The notes beneath the pieces were generated by a model. That model was not told the origin of the DNA and did not search any database. It saw only the letters and a list, made by a program, of their open reading frames with translations. Of a DNA stretch of 64,000 nt, positions 48,888 to 60,193 are shown piece by piece (within the stretch, counting starts at the first letter, position 1; each line of letters starts with the position of its first letter). This DNA comes from an uncultured Bacteroidales bacterium. GTDB taxonomy: Bacteria; Bacteroidota; Bacteroidia; Bacteroidales; VadinHA17. The translations under genes were made by a program, and so were the position numbers. The stretch covers positions 10,751 to 74,750 of the forward strand of contig CAVVRY010000018.1 of assembly GCA_963750735.1 (NCBI GenBank), read 5' to 3'.

Positions 48888-51821
48888 CTAATGCAATAAT
48901 GCATTTGAATTGCAATGTGAGCAGGTCCTTCTTTTATTTATTGTGAAACCAAAAAAATCAATCCCAAAGGAATAAGCTATATCATAGTTTTGAAGCGAGG
49001 GCATATAGGAATACTGCACCCCAAAGGAGAAGGGAAAAGGAAAACGAAATGCATAAAAGTTCATGTTGATTTGCCCCCCAAAACTTGTCATTTTCATCGC
49101 ATTCGGATCATACTGCCAGCTACCTTCATTATGAAAATAATTTCCCTCTCCTTTTGCATAGTTATAAAACGCTTTTGCATAAAATCTGGGGACATACAAA
49201 ATACCGCCAATGTTTAATTCTGGATAGAAAAGCGGAAGATAATATTCAGCATAGAGCGTATTTAGTTTTTCAGCTACACGTTGGTCATATCCACTTGGGA
49301 AAGACAAACGATTGCTGTACAAAAATTGGCTTACATTCTGTCTTTCCAGGCCCCCTCTTATAAAAATAGTATGATGCCTGAAGAAACCAGGTAAATATAC
49401 TCCTCCATAGACAGATCCAATGGACCCATATTGATTGGAATTAAACGGTGCATTTGTGTAATTTATGTCAAAAAGAAAACCCAGTCTTGGTTTGATATCT
49501 TTTGTCGCTAATTTTAAGTAGTTATAATAATAGAGACGATAATTTAGGAGAAGACGACCCCTGTCATAATTCAAGGTTTCCTGATTATAAATATAGCTGT
49601 TGGTATACTGACCTGAAATTTCGGGGTACAATCCACGAACCCACTTATTGCGAGTCAGGTTTAATGGAATATAAATATTTACATTAAAATTAGATCTGTA
49701 TCCAGAATATGAAATGTCAACCGAATCAGGTTTAGAAATTTGAGGAGCTCCTCCATAATCCCAGAAAAGATCAATTATCGGATACCAGCCTTTGTAGGTA
49801 AATCGGGTAACAAAATGATGCTCCTGGTTTTTGTAATAATAACCCAGTGAGGTAACAGCAGTGCTAAGTTTGTTCTGAGACAACAAGGTTACACCCAGAT
49901 TAAGAGGTTCATCTTCCAGGGTAAAGCTATTGTAATCGAAATAGAAGGGCATCCAGCTATGAAATCCAAACAGGTTTTTCCACTTTCTAAATGGCACTTC
50001 CTTATAATCTACCTGTGGAGTATCCTTTGTTTCCAAAATTCCCTTTTCCTGCTCCTTAAGTTTTTCATAGGCTTTTACAGAATAGTCCTGTATCTCTTTA
50101 AGGGGAATCCATTTATCAGGGTTCAATGGAAGCTCCATAAGTCGGTACCCATCAGAGGAATAATCGGCTACAGCAATTTTATTCTTTGAAGAGGAGAGAG
50201 TAACATCCATGGCTCCGAAGCGGGAAGAGGTAACCTGAAATTTTTGACCAGTTTCCGTATCTAGTGCATAGATATTATCGATGCCTGAATATGTAGCATG
50301 GTAGATTATAAATTTATTATACGGAACGGCTTTTTGTATATCATCATAGCTGGCCGGCAAAAGGACTTCCCAATCCCCGGAATCGAGATTTAATCTCTGG
50401 ATACTTTTTCCTTCATCATCCAACACAATTACAATTATTGTTTTATCGTCTACCCATTCAGGCATATGAAGAGAGTTATTACCCGGTATACTATATCTCT
50501 GCTGAATATTTCCATTTTCCAAATCAAGGATTGCTATAGAGCATTCATTGGCGACACTTATGTCAACAGCAGCAATTCTCTTTTCATCAGGCGAAATATC
50601 GGGGGCAAAATATCGGGTTCTCCTTGCAAGAGTTTTTTCATTTTGATCTCTAAGGTCCAGTTTCTTAATAATGGAATAGGATCTGTTTTCCCAGCGACTA
50701 TCATTATAAGTTTCAGCCCAGACAACAAAATTCTTTGAGGCCGAGAACCTAACAGGATAGTAAAATCCCGGAGTAAAAATAACCTCTTCCTCCCCTGCCA
50801 GATCTATTTTAACCAGCTTCCTGATTTGATCCATGCCTGATTTTTGAACCAGTAAGACACTATCGCTCAGGTACTGCGGAAAACGAAAGCTGGTGTAATG
50901 TTTTAAGCCGGTTTGGCTGATGGTATCAAAAGATGACTTAGAGGTTATTAGGTCCTGCTCCATCCATTTTAGCTGTAAATCTCTAAAAGTCATATCATAC
51001 AGCCTTTTCTTAGTAAGCTTTTGCTGTTTTCTAAAACTGAAATTTATAGGATTAATGATAATGGATTTTTTACCGGTATTATCGACTGCTTTCTCCCAAA
51101 ATTCCGATCCATAAAGACTTCTGCTATAGGAAACAAGTTGGTAGCCAAACTCATAATAATCGGGAGAAAAATCTTTATACGATCCAAAACTGGCCTTGTC
51201 GTATTTAAAAACCTTTCCCTTCTCAAGTGATAATGCCCGCAATCCCATTTCAAAAGAGGGTTGACGGCCCCTACCTGTTCTGGAAAGGCTGGTTTCCGTA
51301 GCTACTGCATCACCCTCAAGATACCACAATGGAAGTTCAACTGACACAGCCCCAATGGCCTGCTGACCCAGAATGTAAGAAAGTACTTTTGTAAATCCCT
51401 GGTTGAGTTTATCTAATTGTACTACATGTCTGAGTTCATGCAAAACAAGCTGCTCCAATTCATCCTGAGGATAAGTTGTAGCCATTGGAGTAGGAAACAG
51501 TTCCATACGTTTTGGGGCCCATGAAACAAATCCATTGCTTTTTGCAGAATAGTTGTGAACAATTACAGGGATTTTTTTTGGATTATGGTTCAGGCTATAA
51601 GGTACCAGCGTATAGGCATATTCAAGAATATTAGCCAGTCGTTGTCCTTCGGAGGAAAAACTTTCAGGAAAAATGATTTGAAAATTTGGACTTTTTATTT
51701 GTTTCCATTTTAGTGAAGTTGGATCCTGTCCACTTTCATAATACTGGCCATAAGAATATGCAACAGATAAAAACAATACAATAAAAAGTGTATGTATCTT
51801 TCGCAATTGATTCATAATCAT
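48888..51821 (-). CDS. Large outer-membrane protein: HExxH metallopeptidase-like domain, TolB-like propeller and C-terminal barrel-like region
   Basis: Signal SYG/Q; VLHELRHVVQ..PLWYLEGDAV; FAPDISPD repeats; aromatic beta-strand C-terminal third. Confidence 0.65.
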   Translation of the reverse strand: MIMNQLRKIHTLFIVLFLSVAYSYGQYYESGQDPTSLKWKQIKSPNFQIIFPESFSSEGQRLANILEYAYTLVPYSLNHNPKKIPVIVHNYSAKSNGFVSWAPKRMELFPTPMATTYPQDELEQLVLHELRHVVQLDKLNQGFTKVLSYILGQQAIGAVSVELPLWYLEGDAVATETSLSRTGRGRQPSFEMGLRALSLEKGKVFKYDKASFGSYKDFSPDYYEFGYQLVSYSRSLYGSEFWEKAVDNTGKKSIIINPINFSFRKQQKLTKKRLYDMTFRDLQLKWMEQDLITSKSSFDTISQTGLKHYTSFRFPQYLSDSVLLVQKSGMDQIRKLVKIDLAGEEEVIFTPGFYYPVRFSASKNFVVWAETYNDSRWENRSYSIIKKLDLRDQNEKTLARRTRYFAPDISPDEKRIAAVDISVANECSIAILDLENGNIQQRYSIPGNNSLHMPEWVDDKTIIVIVLDDEGKSIQRLNLDSGDWEVLLPASYDDIQKAVPYNKFIIYHATYSGIDNIYALDTETGQKFQVTSSRFGAMDVTLSSSKNKIAVADYSSDGYRLMELPLNPDKWIPLKEIQDYSVKAYEKLKEQEKGILETKDTPQVDYKEVPFRKWKNLFGFHSWMPFYFDYNSFTLEDEPLNLGVTLLSQNKLSTAVTSLGYYYKNQEHHFVTRFTYKGWYPIIDLFWDYGGAPQISKPDSVDISYSGYRSNFNVNIYIPLNLTRNKWVRGLYPEISGQYTNSYIYNQETLNYDRGRLLLNYRLYYYNYLKLATKDIKPRLGFLFDINYTNAPFNSNQYGSIGSVYGGVYLPGFFRHHTIFIRGGLERQNVSQFLYSNRLSFPSGYDQRVAEKLNTLYAEYYLPLFYPELNIGGILYVPRFYAKAFYNYAKGEGNYFHNEGSWQYDPNAMKMTSFGGQINMNFYAFRFPFPFSFGVQYSYMPSLQNYDIAYSFGIDFFGFTINKRRTCSHCNSNALLH

Positions 51822-51846
51822 ATAAACTCATTCAACCAGAGGAAAA

Positions 51847-52197
51847 TTATCCTCCATGTCTTTTTACCTGATACCCTTCTTTTTGAAGCACAGGTATAAT
51901 TTTATCCCTGAAATCACCCTGAAGCAAAATGCTATTGTCTTTAACAGAGCCACCGGATCCACACAACATCTTTAGTTTCTTGCCAAGGTCTTTCAAATCA
52001 TTTTCTTTACCAACAAAGCCTGACACCAATGTTACAGATTTGCCTTTGCGGTTTTTTCGGTCTAAAGATATGTAAAGTTTTTGCTGTGAGGGAGGAAGTG
52101 TTTCCATCTCTTCTGCCTCATTATACGAATAATTAAAATCGGCATTTGTGGAATAAACAATGTCTACTCTGTCCTTTCTCCGTTTCTGTTTTGACAT
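51847..52197 (-). CDS. yciH: SUI1/eIF1-like translation initiation factor
   Basis: IVYSTN, RKGKSVTLVSGF, LKMLCGSGGSVKD, LQGDFRDK. Confidence 0.9.
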   Translation of the reverse strand: MSKQKRRKDRVDIVYSTNADFNYSYNEAEEMETLPPSQQKLYISLDRKNRKGKSVTLVSGFVGKENDLKDLGKKLKMLCGSGGSVKDNSILLQGDFRDKIIPVLQKEGYQVKRHGG

Positions 52198-52372
52198 GAT
52201 TTTAACTTTCAGATAAATTAATATTTCAGTAATGGAATCTAAAAATCTTAAAATTATTTAAAAAAAAGGCAATCAAGCAGAAAAATACTAAATTCGCTGC
52301 ATATTTTCATCAAGTAAGATATATAGCTAATTATTCTACTTCGATTCATCAAAGTACTGAAAATAAGATAAT

Positions 52373-55300
52373 ATGAAGAATTTTAAGTTCTGGAATTTAC
52401 TTTTCGGCTGGTTTAGTTTTCTAACTGCTGCAATAGTATATCTTTCAACAATGGAGCCAACAGCCAGTTTATGGGATTGTGGTGAGTATATTGCAACAGC
52501 CTATAAGCTGCAGGTTGGACACCCTCCGGGAGCTCCATTATTTCAAATGATAGCCAGGGTATTTACTCTTTTTGCTGGCAATGATGTTTCACAGGTTGCA
52601 AAAATGGTGAATGCTTTTTCAGCCCTCTCAAGTGCGTTTACAATAATGTTTTTATACTGGACCATCACTCACCTGGGAAGGAAATTGTTTGCTAAAGATG
52701 AAAATTATACAAATAGCAATATTATCGGAATAATAGCTGCAGGTCTTGTTGGGGCTTTTGCATACATGTTTTCTGATTCTTTCTGGTTCTCAGCAGTTGA
52801 GGGAGAAGTATATGCGAACTCTTCCTTATTTACAGCCATGGTTTTCTGGGCCATCTTAAAATGGGAAAATGTGGCAAATGAAAAGGGAAGCGACAAATGG
52901 ATTATTTTAATTGCCTATCTCATGGGCCTTTCCATTGGGGTACACTTATTGAACCTCCTTGCGATTCCGGCCATTGTATTTGTCTATTACTTTAAGAAAT
53001 CTGATAATATCAATATCCGCGGTATATTAACTGCAGGATTGGTTTCTGTTGCCCTTCTGGGGGTTGTTATGTATGGTATAATACTTGGATTATTTAAGGT
53101 TTCAGCCCAAATGGAATTATTCTTTGTGAATAGTCTGGGCCTTGGTTATAATACTGGTTTTATTACCCATCTGTTGCTGCTGACCATTGCTCTTGTTGGA
53201 GCTATTTATTATTCCCAATACAAGAAGGAGCTAATTATTACAACAGTGCTTGGCAGTCTGGCACTTGTTTTATCCGGTGCGCCCTTTATGTCTGACTCCA
53301 CATTCCTGGGCATAATTTTTATTGGTGGAATTGTTTGGCTGGTATATTACCTTGCTCAAAATAACCGGGTTATTTTGAATACACTTTTGATTAGTGCTAC
53401 CATGATAATTCTTGGATATTCATCTATCAGTCTTGATGTTATCCGTTCAAAGGCAAACCCTCCAATTGATGAAAACAGCCCTGATAATGTCTTTGCATTG
53501 TTATCATATATAAACAGAGAACAATACGGTGACAGGCCCCTTGTTAAAGGACAATATTATAATGCTCCCCCGATTGAAAACAATGAGGGCAAAGCCTATT
53601 ATATTCCAAAAGATGGCCGATATGTTGTTTCAAAAAGAAAAATAGAAACAGTATATGATCCACGGTTTGTTACTGTATTCCCAAGAATGTGGAGCCCACA
53701 GGCCGATCATAAAGAAGTTTATCAACAATGGGGGGGAGTGCGTGGTAAACCAGTAACAGTTGGCTCAGGGGAGGAAAGAAAAACGCTCAGAGTCCCAACA
53801 TTTGGTGAAAACCTCCGTTTTTTCTTTACTTACCAGGTAGGATACATGTACGGGCGATATTTTTTGTGGAATTTTGTTGGCAGGCAGAACGATATACAGG
53901 GTTCAGGTGGGCCGCTTAAAGGAAACTGGTTATCAGGCATAAAGTTTCTGGATGAATTTCGCCTGGGAACACAGGATAATTTGCCTGATTATCTGAAAAA
54001 CAATTGGGGTAGGAATAAATATTATATGCTGCCCTTATTGCTTGGGTTGATTGGGTTATTATTTCAACTTCAAAGGAATCCGAAAGATTTTTCAATAGTG
54101 CTCCTTTTGTTTGTGCTTACCGGATTGGCTATTGTGGTTTATTTGAACCAGTATCCGAACCAACCAAGGGAAAGGGATTATGCCTATGCCGGTTCATTTT
54201 ATGCATTTGCTATTTGGATAGGACTGGGGGTTCTGGCTATAATTGATGCCATGAAAAGGTTTATACCTGAAAAATATGGGGCTATTCTGGCAGGAGTGCT
54301 GTCTATGGCCCTGGTTCCGGGGATAATGGGAATGGAAAACTGGGATGACCATGACCGGTCGGGACGATATACTGCACGAGATATTGCATTTAATTATCTG
54401 AATTCATGTGAACCAAACTCAATTCTGGCTACAAATGGTGATAATGATACCTTCCCGCTTATGGTATGCCCAGGAAGTAGAGGGAATAAGAACCGATATA
54501 CGGGTGGTGAATATGATGCTTTTCAATACCGATTGGTATATCGACCAGATGAAAAGAAAGGCATATGATTCTAAAGGATTGCCACTTTCCTTGCCACGGG
54601 AAAAATATGTAGATGGCACCAACAATATGATTTATGTGATTGACAAGTTTAAAGAGCCACAGGATATTAAGCTGGTAATGGATTTTGTTAGGGATGATAA
54701 CCCCAGAACTCAGGTGCAGGTGCAAAGGGGAGACTATATCGATTATATTCCTACAAGAAAGATAAAGCTGAAATTTGATACCACCATTTTCCAGGAAATG
54801 ACACCTATTAACTTTAAGCCTACTGAACAGCCAGTGTCTTTTGTTGATATTAACCTGACTGGGAATTTCATCATGAAAAGTCAGTTGATGATGCTTGATC
54901 TTTTTGCCCAGAACAATTGGGAAAGGCCGGTATATTATGTGGCAGGAGGCCATGAGGATGCCCTTGGTCTTGAACCCTATTTCCAGCAGGAAGGTTTTGC
55001 TCATCGCATTGTTCCCATAAAGACGGAGTCAAATAGCCAGTATCTTGATTATGGTCGGATGAATACAGAGGCAATGTACAAGAACTACATGGAAGAATTT
55101 AAGTGGGGCAGGATGAATGAACCCGATGTATACCTTGATTATTACACAAGACGGACCTTGAGTGTAATTCGTGTTAGAAATAATTTTGCGCGCTTGGCCA
55201 TTGAGCTGGCTGATCAAGGGAAGAAAGATTCAGCAGTTGCTGTTCTCGATCGTTGTTTGTATTTGTTGCCGCCGGATAAGATGCGCCATGATATTTATTC

Positions 55301-55583
55301 CGGACGACTTTTGGAAGGGTATTACCATGCCGGTGATATAGAAAAAGCAAACCTGCTGTTTGAAGAGATTTTCACACAGGTGGATAAAGAGCTGAATTAT
55401 TATTATTCCTTAAGACCCGGGCTTGGTCAGGCCATTTCACTTGAAAAAAGAATAAGCCTGCAGTTGCTTTCTATTCTTACAAATTTGACTGAGCAATACA
55501 AGCAGGATGAATTGCATATAAGGGCAAATGATGCCTTTGAAAGATATTATACTCAGTTCATGGGAGAAATGCCTGGTCAGTAA
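52373..55583 (+). CDS. DUF2723 membrane protein (GT-C fold, TMEM260/GT117-like glycosyltransferase), one apparent frameshift near 54459
   Basis: SLWDCGEYI..LQVGHPPGAPLF, FWFSAVEGEVY, QPRERDYAYAGS, NGDNDTFP|LWYAQEVEGIRTD across the shift. Confidence 0.87.
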
Positions 55584-55651
55584 ATAGAATTATTTATCCC
55601 TAGTACAATATTTTAAATAAATATATATCTTTACAGCTGATAATTTAAGTA

Positions 55652-55705
55652 ATGCAAAGAAGTATTCATACATGGTGGTGGCTCCAGGTTTTTTCCAACC
55701 GGTGA
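55652..55705 (+). CDS. trpL: trp operon leader peptide MQRSIHTWWWLQVFSNR
   Basis: 17-aa ORF with three consecutive TGG codons upstream of trpE. Confidence 0.85.
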   Translation: MQRSIHTWWWLQVFSNR

Positions 55706-55738
55706 GGTAACTACGGCCATTATTGAATCTAAAAATAT

Positions 55739-55767
55739 AAGCCTGCTGTCCTCACAGCAGGCTTTTT
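55739..55767 (+). terminator. trp attenuator terminator
   Basis: AAGCCTGCTG-TCCTCA-CAGCAGGCTT-TTT between the leader and trpE. Confidence 0.88.
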
Positions 55768-55780
55768 AATTTTAGGAATT

Positions 55781-57175
55781 ATGAAGATCAAAACCATTTT
55801 GAAAAGAGGCCTTGCCGACACACTAACTCCTGTAAGTGTGTATATGAAAATGCGCGACAATTATGGTGAATCCGTATTGCTGGAAAGCTCAGATTACCGG
55901 GGAAATGAAAACAGCCTCTCATTTATATGTGCCGATCCTTTGGCTGGCTTTAAACTTTTTGAGGATGAAATAATTACTCAATATCCAGATGGAACCAGGA
56001 AATCTGTTCCGGTTGAGGGTCAGGATCCACTGGAAGCATTGGATGAATTTATCAAAGGATTTAGTTTTGATATACCGGAAGAAGCAGAGCCTTATTCAGG
56101 ATTTTTCGGATATCTTTCTTTTGATAGTATTCAATATTTAGACAATGTACCCTGGCCCAATAGAGACAAGAAGCCGGGTGAAGTGCCGGATATTCTGTAT
56201 TCACTATATCGCTTTGTTGTATTGATAAATCATTTTAATGATGAACTGCTCCTGATTGAAAATTGCCCTGCCGGGGAAACTTCTCAGATAGAGCGTTTTG
56301 ATACCCTGGTGCGTTCCAGAAATTCCCCGGAACATAGCTTCATGGCAGATGAAAAAGAAAGCTCAAATCTTTCAGATTATGCGTATATGGACCTGGTAAA
56401 ATCAGGTAAATATCATTGCCAGCGGGGCGATGTATTCCAGATTGTTTTTTCCCGCCAGTTTTCTCAATCTTTTACCGGTGATGAGTTCAACGTTTACCGG
56501 GCCCTAAGGCACATAAATCCATCACCCTATCTATTTTATTTTGACTTCGGTAATTTCCGGGTTTTTGGATCTTCACCGGAATCACAAATGGTGATAAAAA
56601 AAGGAATTGCGGAGGTTCATCCCATTGCAGGAACAGTTAAACGTACCGGGAATGATAAAGAGGATTTTGAATTGGCTTCTCAACTCGCCGCCGATGCAAA
56701 AGAGAATGCAGAACATACCATGTTGGTGGACCTTGCACGAAACGACCTGGGACGTAATACACGAAACGTGAAAGTTGTTCAACTAAAAGATATTCAGTGG
56801 TTTAGCCACGTGATTCACCTTGTATCAAAAGTTCAGGGAAAACTGGGCAAAGATGCCAATTCCCTTAAAGTTCTTGGAGATACCTTTCCAGCAGGGACAC
56901 TTTCAGGCGCCCCAAAACACAAAGCTGTAAGTCTGATTCGGGAATATGAAAATCAGGCTCGCGGATTGTATGGCGGAGCGATTGGGTTTTTAGGTACAAA
57001 TGGATCTGTAAACCATGCCATAATGATTCGATCATTTTTAAGTAAGGACCAGGTATTGTATTACCAGGCTGGAGCTGGTATTGTGATTGATTCAGTTCCT
57101 GCAAAAGAACTGCAGGAAGTAAATAATAAACTCGGAGCTTTGAAAAAAGCCATACAACTTGCCAGCAAAAGATGA
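55781..57175 (+). CDS. trpE: Anthranilate synthase component I
   Basis: LLESSD, GDVFQIV, YRALRHINPSPY, PIAGT, KENAEHTMLVDLARND, TFPAGTLSGAPK. Confidence 0.95.
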   Translation: MKIKTILKRGLADTLTPVSVYMKMRDNYGESVLLESSDYRGNENSLSFICADPLAGFKLFEDEIITQYPDGTRKSVPVEGQDPLEALDEFIKGFSFDIPEEAEPYSGFFGYLSFDSIQYLDNVPWPNRDKKPGEVPDILYSLYRFVVLINHFNDELLLIENCPAGETSQIERFDTLVRSRNSPEHSFMADEKESSNLSDYAYMDLVKSGKYHCQRGDVFQIVFSRQFSQSFTGDEFNVYRALRHINPSPYLFYFDFGNFRVFGSSPESQMVIKKGIAEVHPIAGTVKRTGNDKEDFELASQLAADAKENAEHTMLVDLARNDLGRNTRNVKVVQLKDIQWFSHVIHLVSKVQGKLGKDANSLKVLGDTFPAGTLSGAPKHKAVSLIREYENQARGLYGGAIGFLGTNGSVNHAIMIRSFLSKDQVLYYQAGAGIVIDSVPAKELQEVNNKLGALKKAIQLASKR

Positions 57176-57768
57176 AGCAAAAACTAATAGTGATAGACAA
57201 TTACGATTCATTTACATTTAACCTGGTTGAATACCTTCGGGATTTGACCGGTGATGATCCTGTTGTGGTTCGGAATGATGCCATACCACTCGAATCGCTC
57301 GAAGAATATGATATAATAATATTATCCCCCGGACCTGGACTTCCGGAGGAAGCTGGGATTTTGAAGCAAATCATTAAGATGTATGGTCCCACAAAAAAAA
57401 TGCTGGGTGTGTGCCTTGGCCATCAGGCAATTGCTGAGGTATATGGTGGCTCTCTGATAAATTTAAGCCGGGTATACCACGGTGTAGCGACTCAGATGAA
57501 AAAGACTAAAAACAAGCATTTTCTTTTTGATTCCTTACCTGATTCCTTTGAAGCAGGTAGATATCACTCATGGATAGTGCAATCAGGTTCCCTGCCCGAG
57601 GAACTGGAAGTATTGGCCAGGGATGAAGAAGGACAAATTATGGCCTTACAGCACAAGGATTATGAACTTTATGGAGTCCAGTTTCATCCGGAGTCAATTC
57701 TTACGCCTGGAGGCAAACAGATATTAAAGAATTTCCTGGATCATTGTGAACCTGCTACAAATCCTTAG
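57172..57768 (+). CDS. trpG: Anthranilate synthase component II (glutamine amidotransferase)
   Basis: IDNYDSFTFNL, LSPGPG, GVCLGHQ, GVQFHPES. Confidence 0.95.
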   Translation: MKQKLIVIDNYDSFTFNLVEYLRDLTGDDPVVVRNDAIPLESLEEYDIIILSPGPGLPEEAGILKQIIKMYGPTKKMLGVCLGHQAIAEVYGGSLINLSRVYHGVATQMKKTKNKHFLFDSLPDSFEAGRYHSWIVQSGSLPEELEVLARDEEGQIMALQHKDYELYGVQFHPESILTPGGKQILKNFLDHCEPATNP

Positions 57769-57801
57769 ACGATTTTTAATAGAGAATAACAGAACATCAA
57801 T

Positions 57802-58790
57802 ATGAAAACCATACTTAACAGATTATTTGATCACGGGAGCCTGGACAGGGATACGGCCCGAACCGTCCTTATAAACATAGCACAGGAAAAATACAATTAT
57901 GCACAGATAGCCTCCTTCCTGACAGTATACCTGATGCGATCTATTACAGTAGATGAGCTGGCCGGATTTCGTGAAGCATTGTTGGAATTATGTCTCCCGC
58001 AAAACTTCAGGCAGACAAAACAATTGACGTATGTGGCACAGGAGGAGATGGTAAAGACACTTTTAATATCTCTACCCTAACAGCATTTGTAGTAGCCGGG
58101 GCAGGGTATAAGGTAGTAAAGCATGGAAACTACAGTGTATCCTCTTCATGTGGATCTTCAAATGTGCTTGAGTATTTTGGAGCCGAATTTACCAATGAAA
58201 CTGATAAACTTAACAAACAGTTAGAGAAAGCCGGGATTTGTTTCCTGCATGCACCTCTTTTTCACCCTGCAATGAAAACCGTCGCCCCGGTTCGAAGAGA
58301 ACTTGGGATTAAAACCTTTTTCAATATGCTTGGGCCACTTGTAAATCCGGCTCAGCCAACCCACCAGATGATTGGCGTTTTTAGTCTGGAGCTGGCAAGG
58401 ATGTATCATTATTTACTTCAGGAAGAGGATGTCGAATATGCTGTTCTGTATGATTTGGCCGGGTATGATGAAATATCGCTAACAGGGAAAATAAAGCTTT
58501 TTACAAGAAGGTATGAAAAGCTTATTGATCCCGGTGATACCTTTGGTCAGCGATTTAAGGAAAAAGATCTGTTTGGAGGCCAGACAGTAAAGGAAGCAGC
58601 TGAGATTTTTGAGCAGGTGCTTACAAATAAAGGCACAGAAGCACAGGTTCAGGTTGTACTCGCCAATGCAGCTCTGGCCATACAGCGATTTCAATTGGAT
58701 AAAAGCATTGAAGACTGTGTTGAGGAGGCCCGTAGTTCTTTGGTATCTGGTAAAGCCAATGAAGCATTTAAATCATTTCTCAACAACTAA
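57802..58790 (+). CDS. trpD: Anthranilate phosphoribosyltransferase, one apparent frameshift near 57996
   Basis: N-terminal domain in ORF 57802-58080; DVCGTGGDG..FNIST, KHGNYSVSSSCGS and FNMLGPLVNP in ORF 57990-58790. One missing base in the CTCCCG C-run would join them. Confidence 0.92.
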
Positions 58791-58793
58791 AGC

Positions 58794-59576
58794 ATGAGGT
58801 TTTTAGAAGAAATAGTATCTAAGAAATGGAAGGAAGTGGCTGAACGTCAAAAGCGATTTTCAATTAAAGATTTGAAAACAAAAGAGAATTATACCAGGAC
58901 TACCCATTCCCTGGTGCAAAGGCTCAAGGATTCTAAAATACCCGGAATTATAATGGAATTTAAGCGCAGATCACCCTCCAAAGGATTTATAAATGAAATG
59001 GCTAAGGTGAGTGAAATAATCCCGGGCTATATAAGTGCTGGGGCAGCCGGAATATCCATCCTTACCGATGAGCAATTCTTTGGTGGTTCCTTGAGTGATC
59101 TGGAGGAAGCTCGTTTGATTTCAGACATTCCATTGCTTAGAAAAGATTTTGTGATTCATCCCTACCAGGTATTTGAAGCCAAAGCCTTTGGTGCCGATGT
59201 GGTATTGCTAATTGCAGAATGTCTTGAAAAACATGAACTACAGGATCTACATGATCTGGCCCGTAAAATAGGTCTTGAAGTACTCGTTGAGTTGCATCAT
59301 GAAAGAGAGCTGGAAAAAATGCCACAGGGACAGCAATTATTGGGTGTAAACAATCGCAACCTGCTTAGCTTTGAGGTGGATTTAGAAACTTCTGTCAACA
59401 TTTTAAAACAACTTCCAGAAGGAATTGAATTGGTTTCAGAAAGTGGAATCTCCAGGCCTGAAACAATAAAAAAGCTATGGAAGATAGGATATTCCGGGTT
59501 TCTTATGGGGGAACATTTTATGAGTGCTGAAAATCCTTCTGAGGCAGCTCTTGACTTAATAAAAAATATAGAATAA
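58794..59576 (+). CDS. trpC: Indole-3-glycerol phosphate synthase
   Basis: EFKRRSPSKG, ISILTDEQFFGG, PLLRKDF, GVNNRNL, SESGI. Confidence 0.95.
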   Translation: MRFLEEIVSKKWKEVAERQKRFSIKDLKTKENYTRTTHSLVQRLKDSKIPGIIMEFKRRSPSKGFINEMAKVSEIIPGYISAGAAGISILTDEQFFGGSLSDLEEARLISDIPLLRKDFVIHPYQVFEAKAFGADVVLLIAECLEKHELQDLHDLARKIGLEVLVELHHERELEKMPQGQQLLGVNNRNLLSFEVDLETSVNILKQLPEGIELVSESGISRPETIKKLWKIGYSGFLMGEHFMSAENPSEAALDLIKNIE

Positions 59577-60193
59577 TGATTGTAAAAGTATGTGGTATTA
59601 ACGATTTAAATAATTTTCAGGCTTTATCAAAACTTCCTGTTGATATCCTGGGGATGGTTTTTTACTCAAATTCTCCCCGGTCTGTCAGGCCTGATAATGA
59701 AAATATGGCTAATACAATATCTGGAATGCCTGTGAAAAAAGCAGGTGTATTTGTTGATGAAGATTTGAACCAGATTACAAAAATTGCCAGAAAATTTAAC
59801 TTGACCCATATCCAATTGCATGGAAATGAGTCACCTGATACCTGCAGAAAGCTGAAAAATGAATTTAAGGTGATTAAAGCATTCAGAGTTGGATCAAGAA
59901 AAGATTTGGAAGGGATTGAACAATATAAAGAGGTTTCAGATTTATTTTTATTTGATACAAAAGGAATACAAGCAGGTGGTACTGGAGTGAAATTCGATTG
60001 GAACCTAATAATGAATCTTTCCCTTCAAGTACCCTATCTTTTAAGTGGTGGTATTGCCGCTGAAGATGCTGAAAGATTAGCTAAACTTAGCTTACCCGGA
60101 TGTGTAGGGATTGATATTAACAGTTGCTTTGAGGTAAAACCGGGTATAAAGGATATTTCAAAAGTTGAATATTTATTATCGAAAGTTAAATGA
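59576..60193 (+). CDS. trpF: Phosphoribosylanthranilate isomerase
   Basis: VKVCGI, IQLHGNES, LFDT..GGTGVKFDW, LSGGI. Confidence 0.93.
   Translation: MIVKVCGINDLNNFQALSKLPVDILGMVFYSNSPRSVRPDNENMANTISGMPVKKAGVFVDEDLNQITKIARKFNLTHIQLHGNESPDTCRKLKNEFKVIKAFRVGSRKDLEGIEQYKEVSDLFLFDTKGIQAGGTGVKFDWNLIMNLSLQVPYLLSGGIAAEDAERLAKLSLPGCVGIDINSCFEVKPGIKDISKVEYLLSKVK

Noticed and set aside
48888-48960. C-terminal CSHC in the 977-aa outer-membrane protein as a heme or metal site
   Set aside because: It is CxxCN, not CxxCH, and follows a 7-nt homopolymer where an indel could have created a spurious tail.
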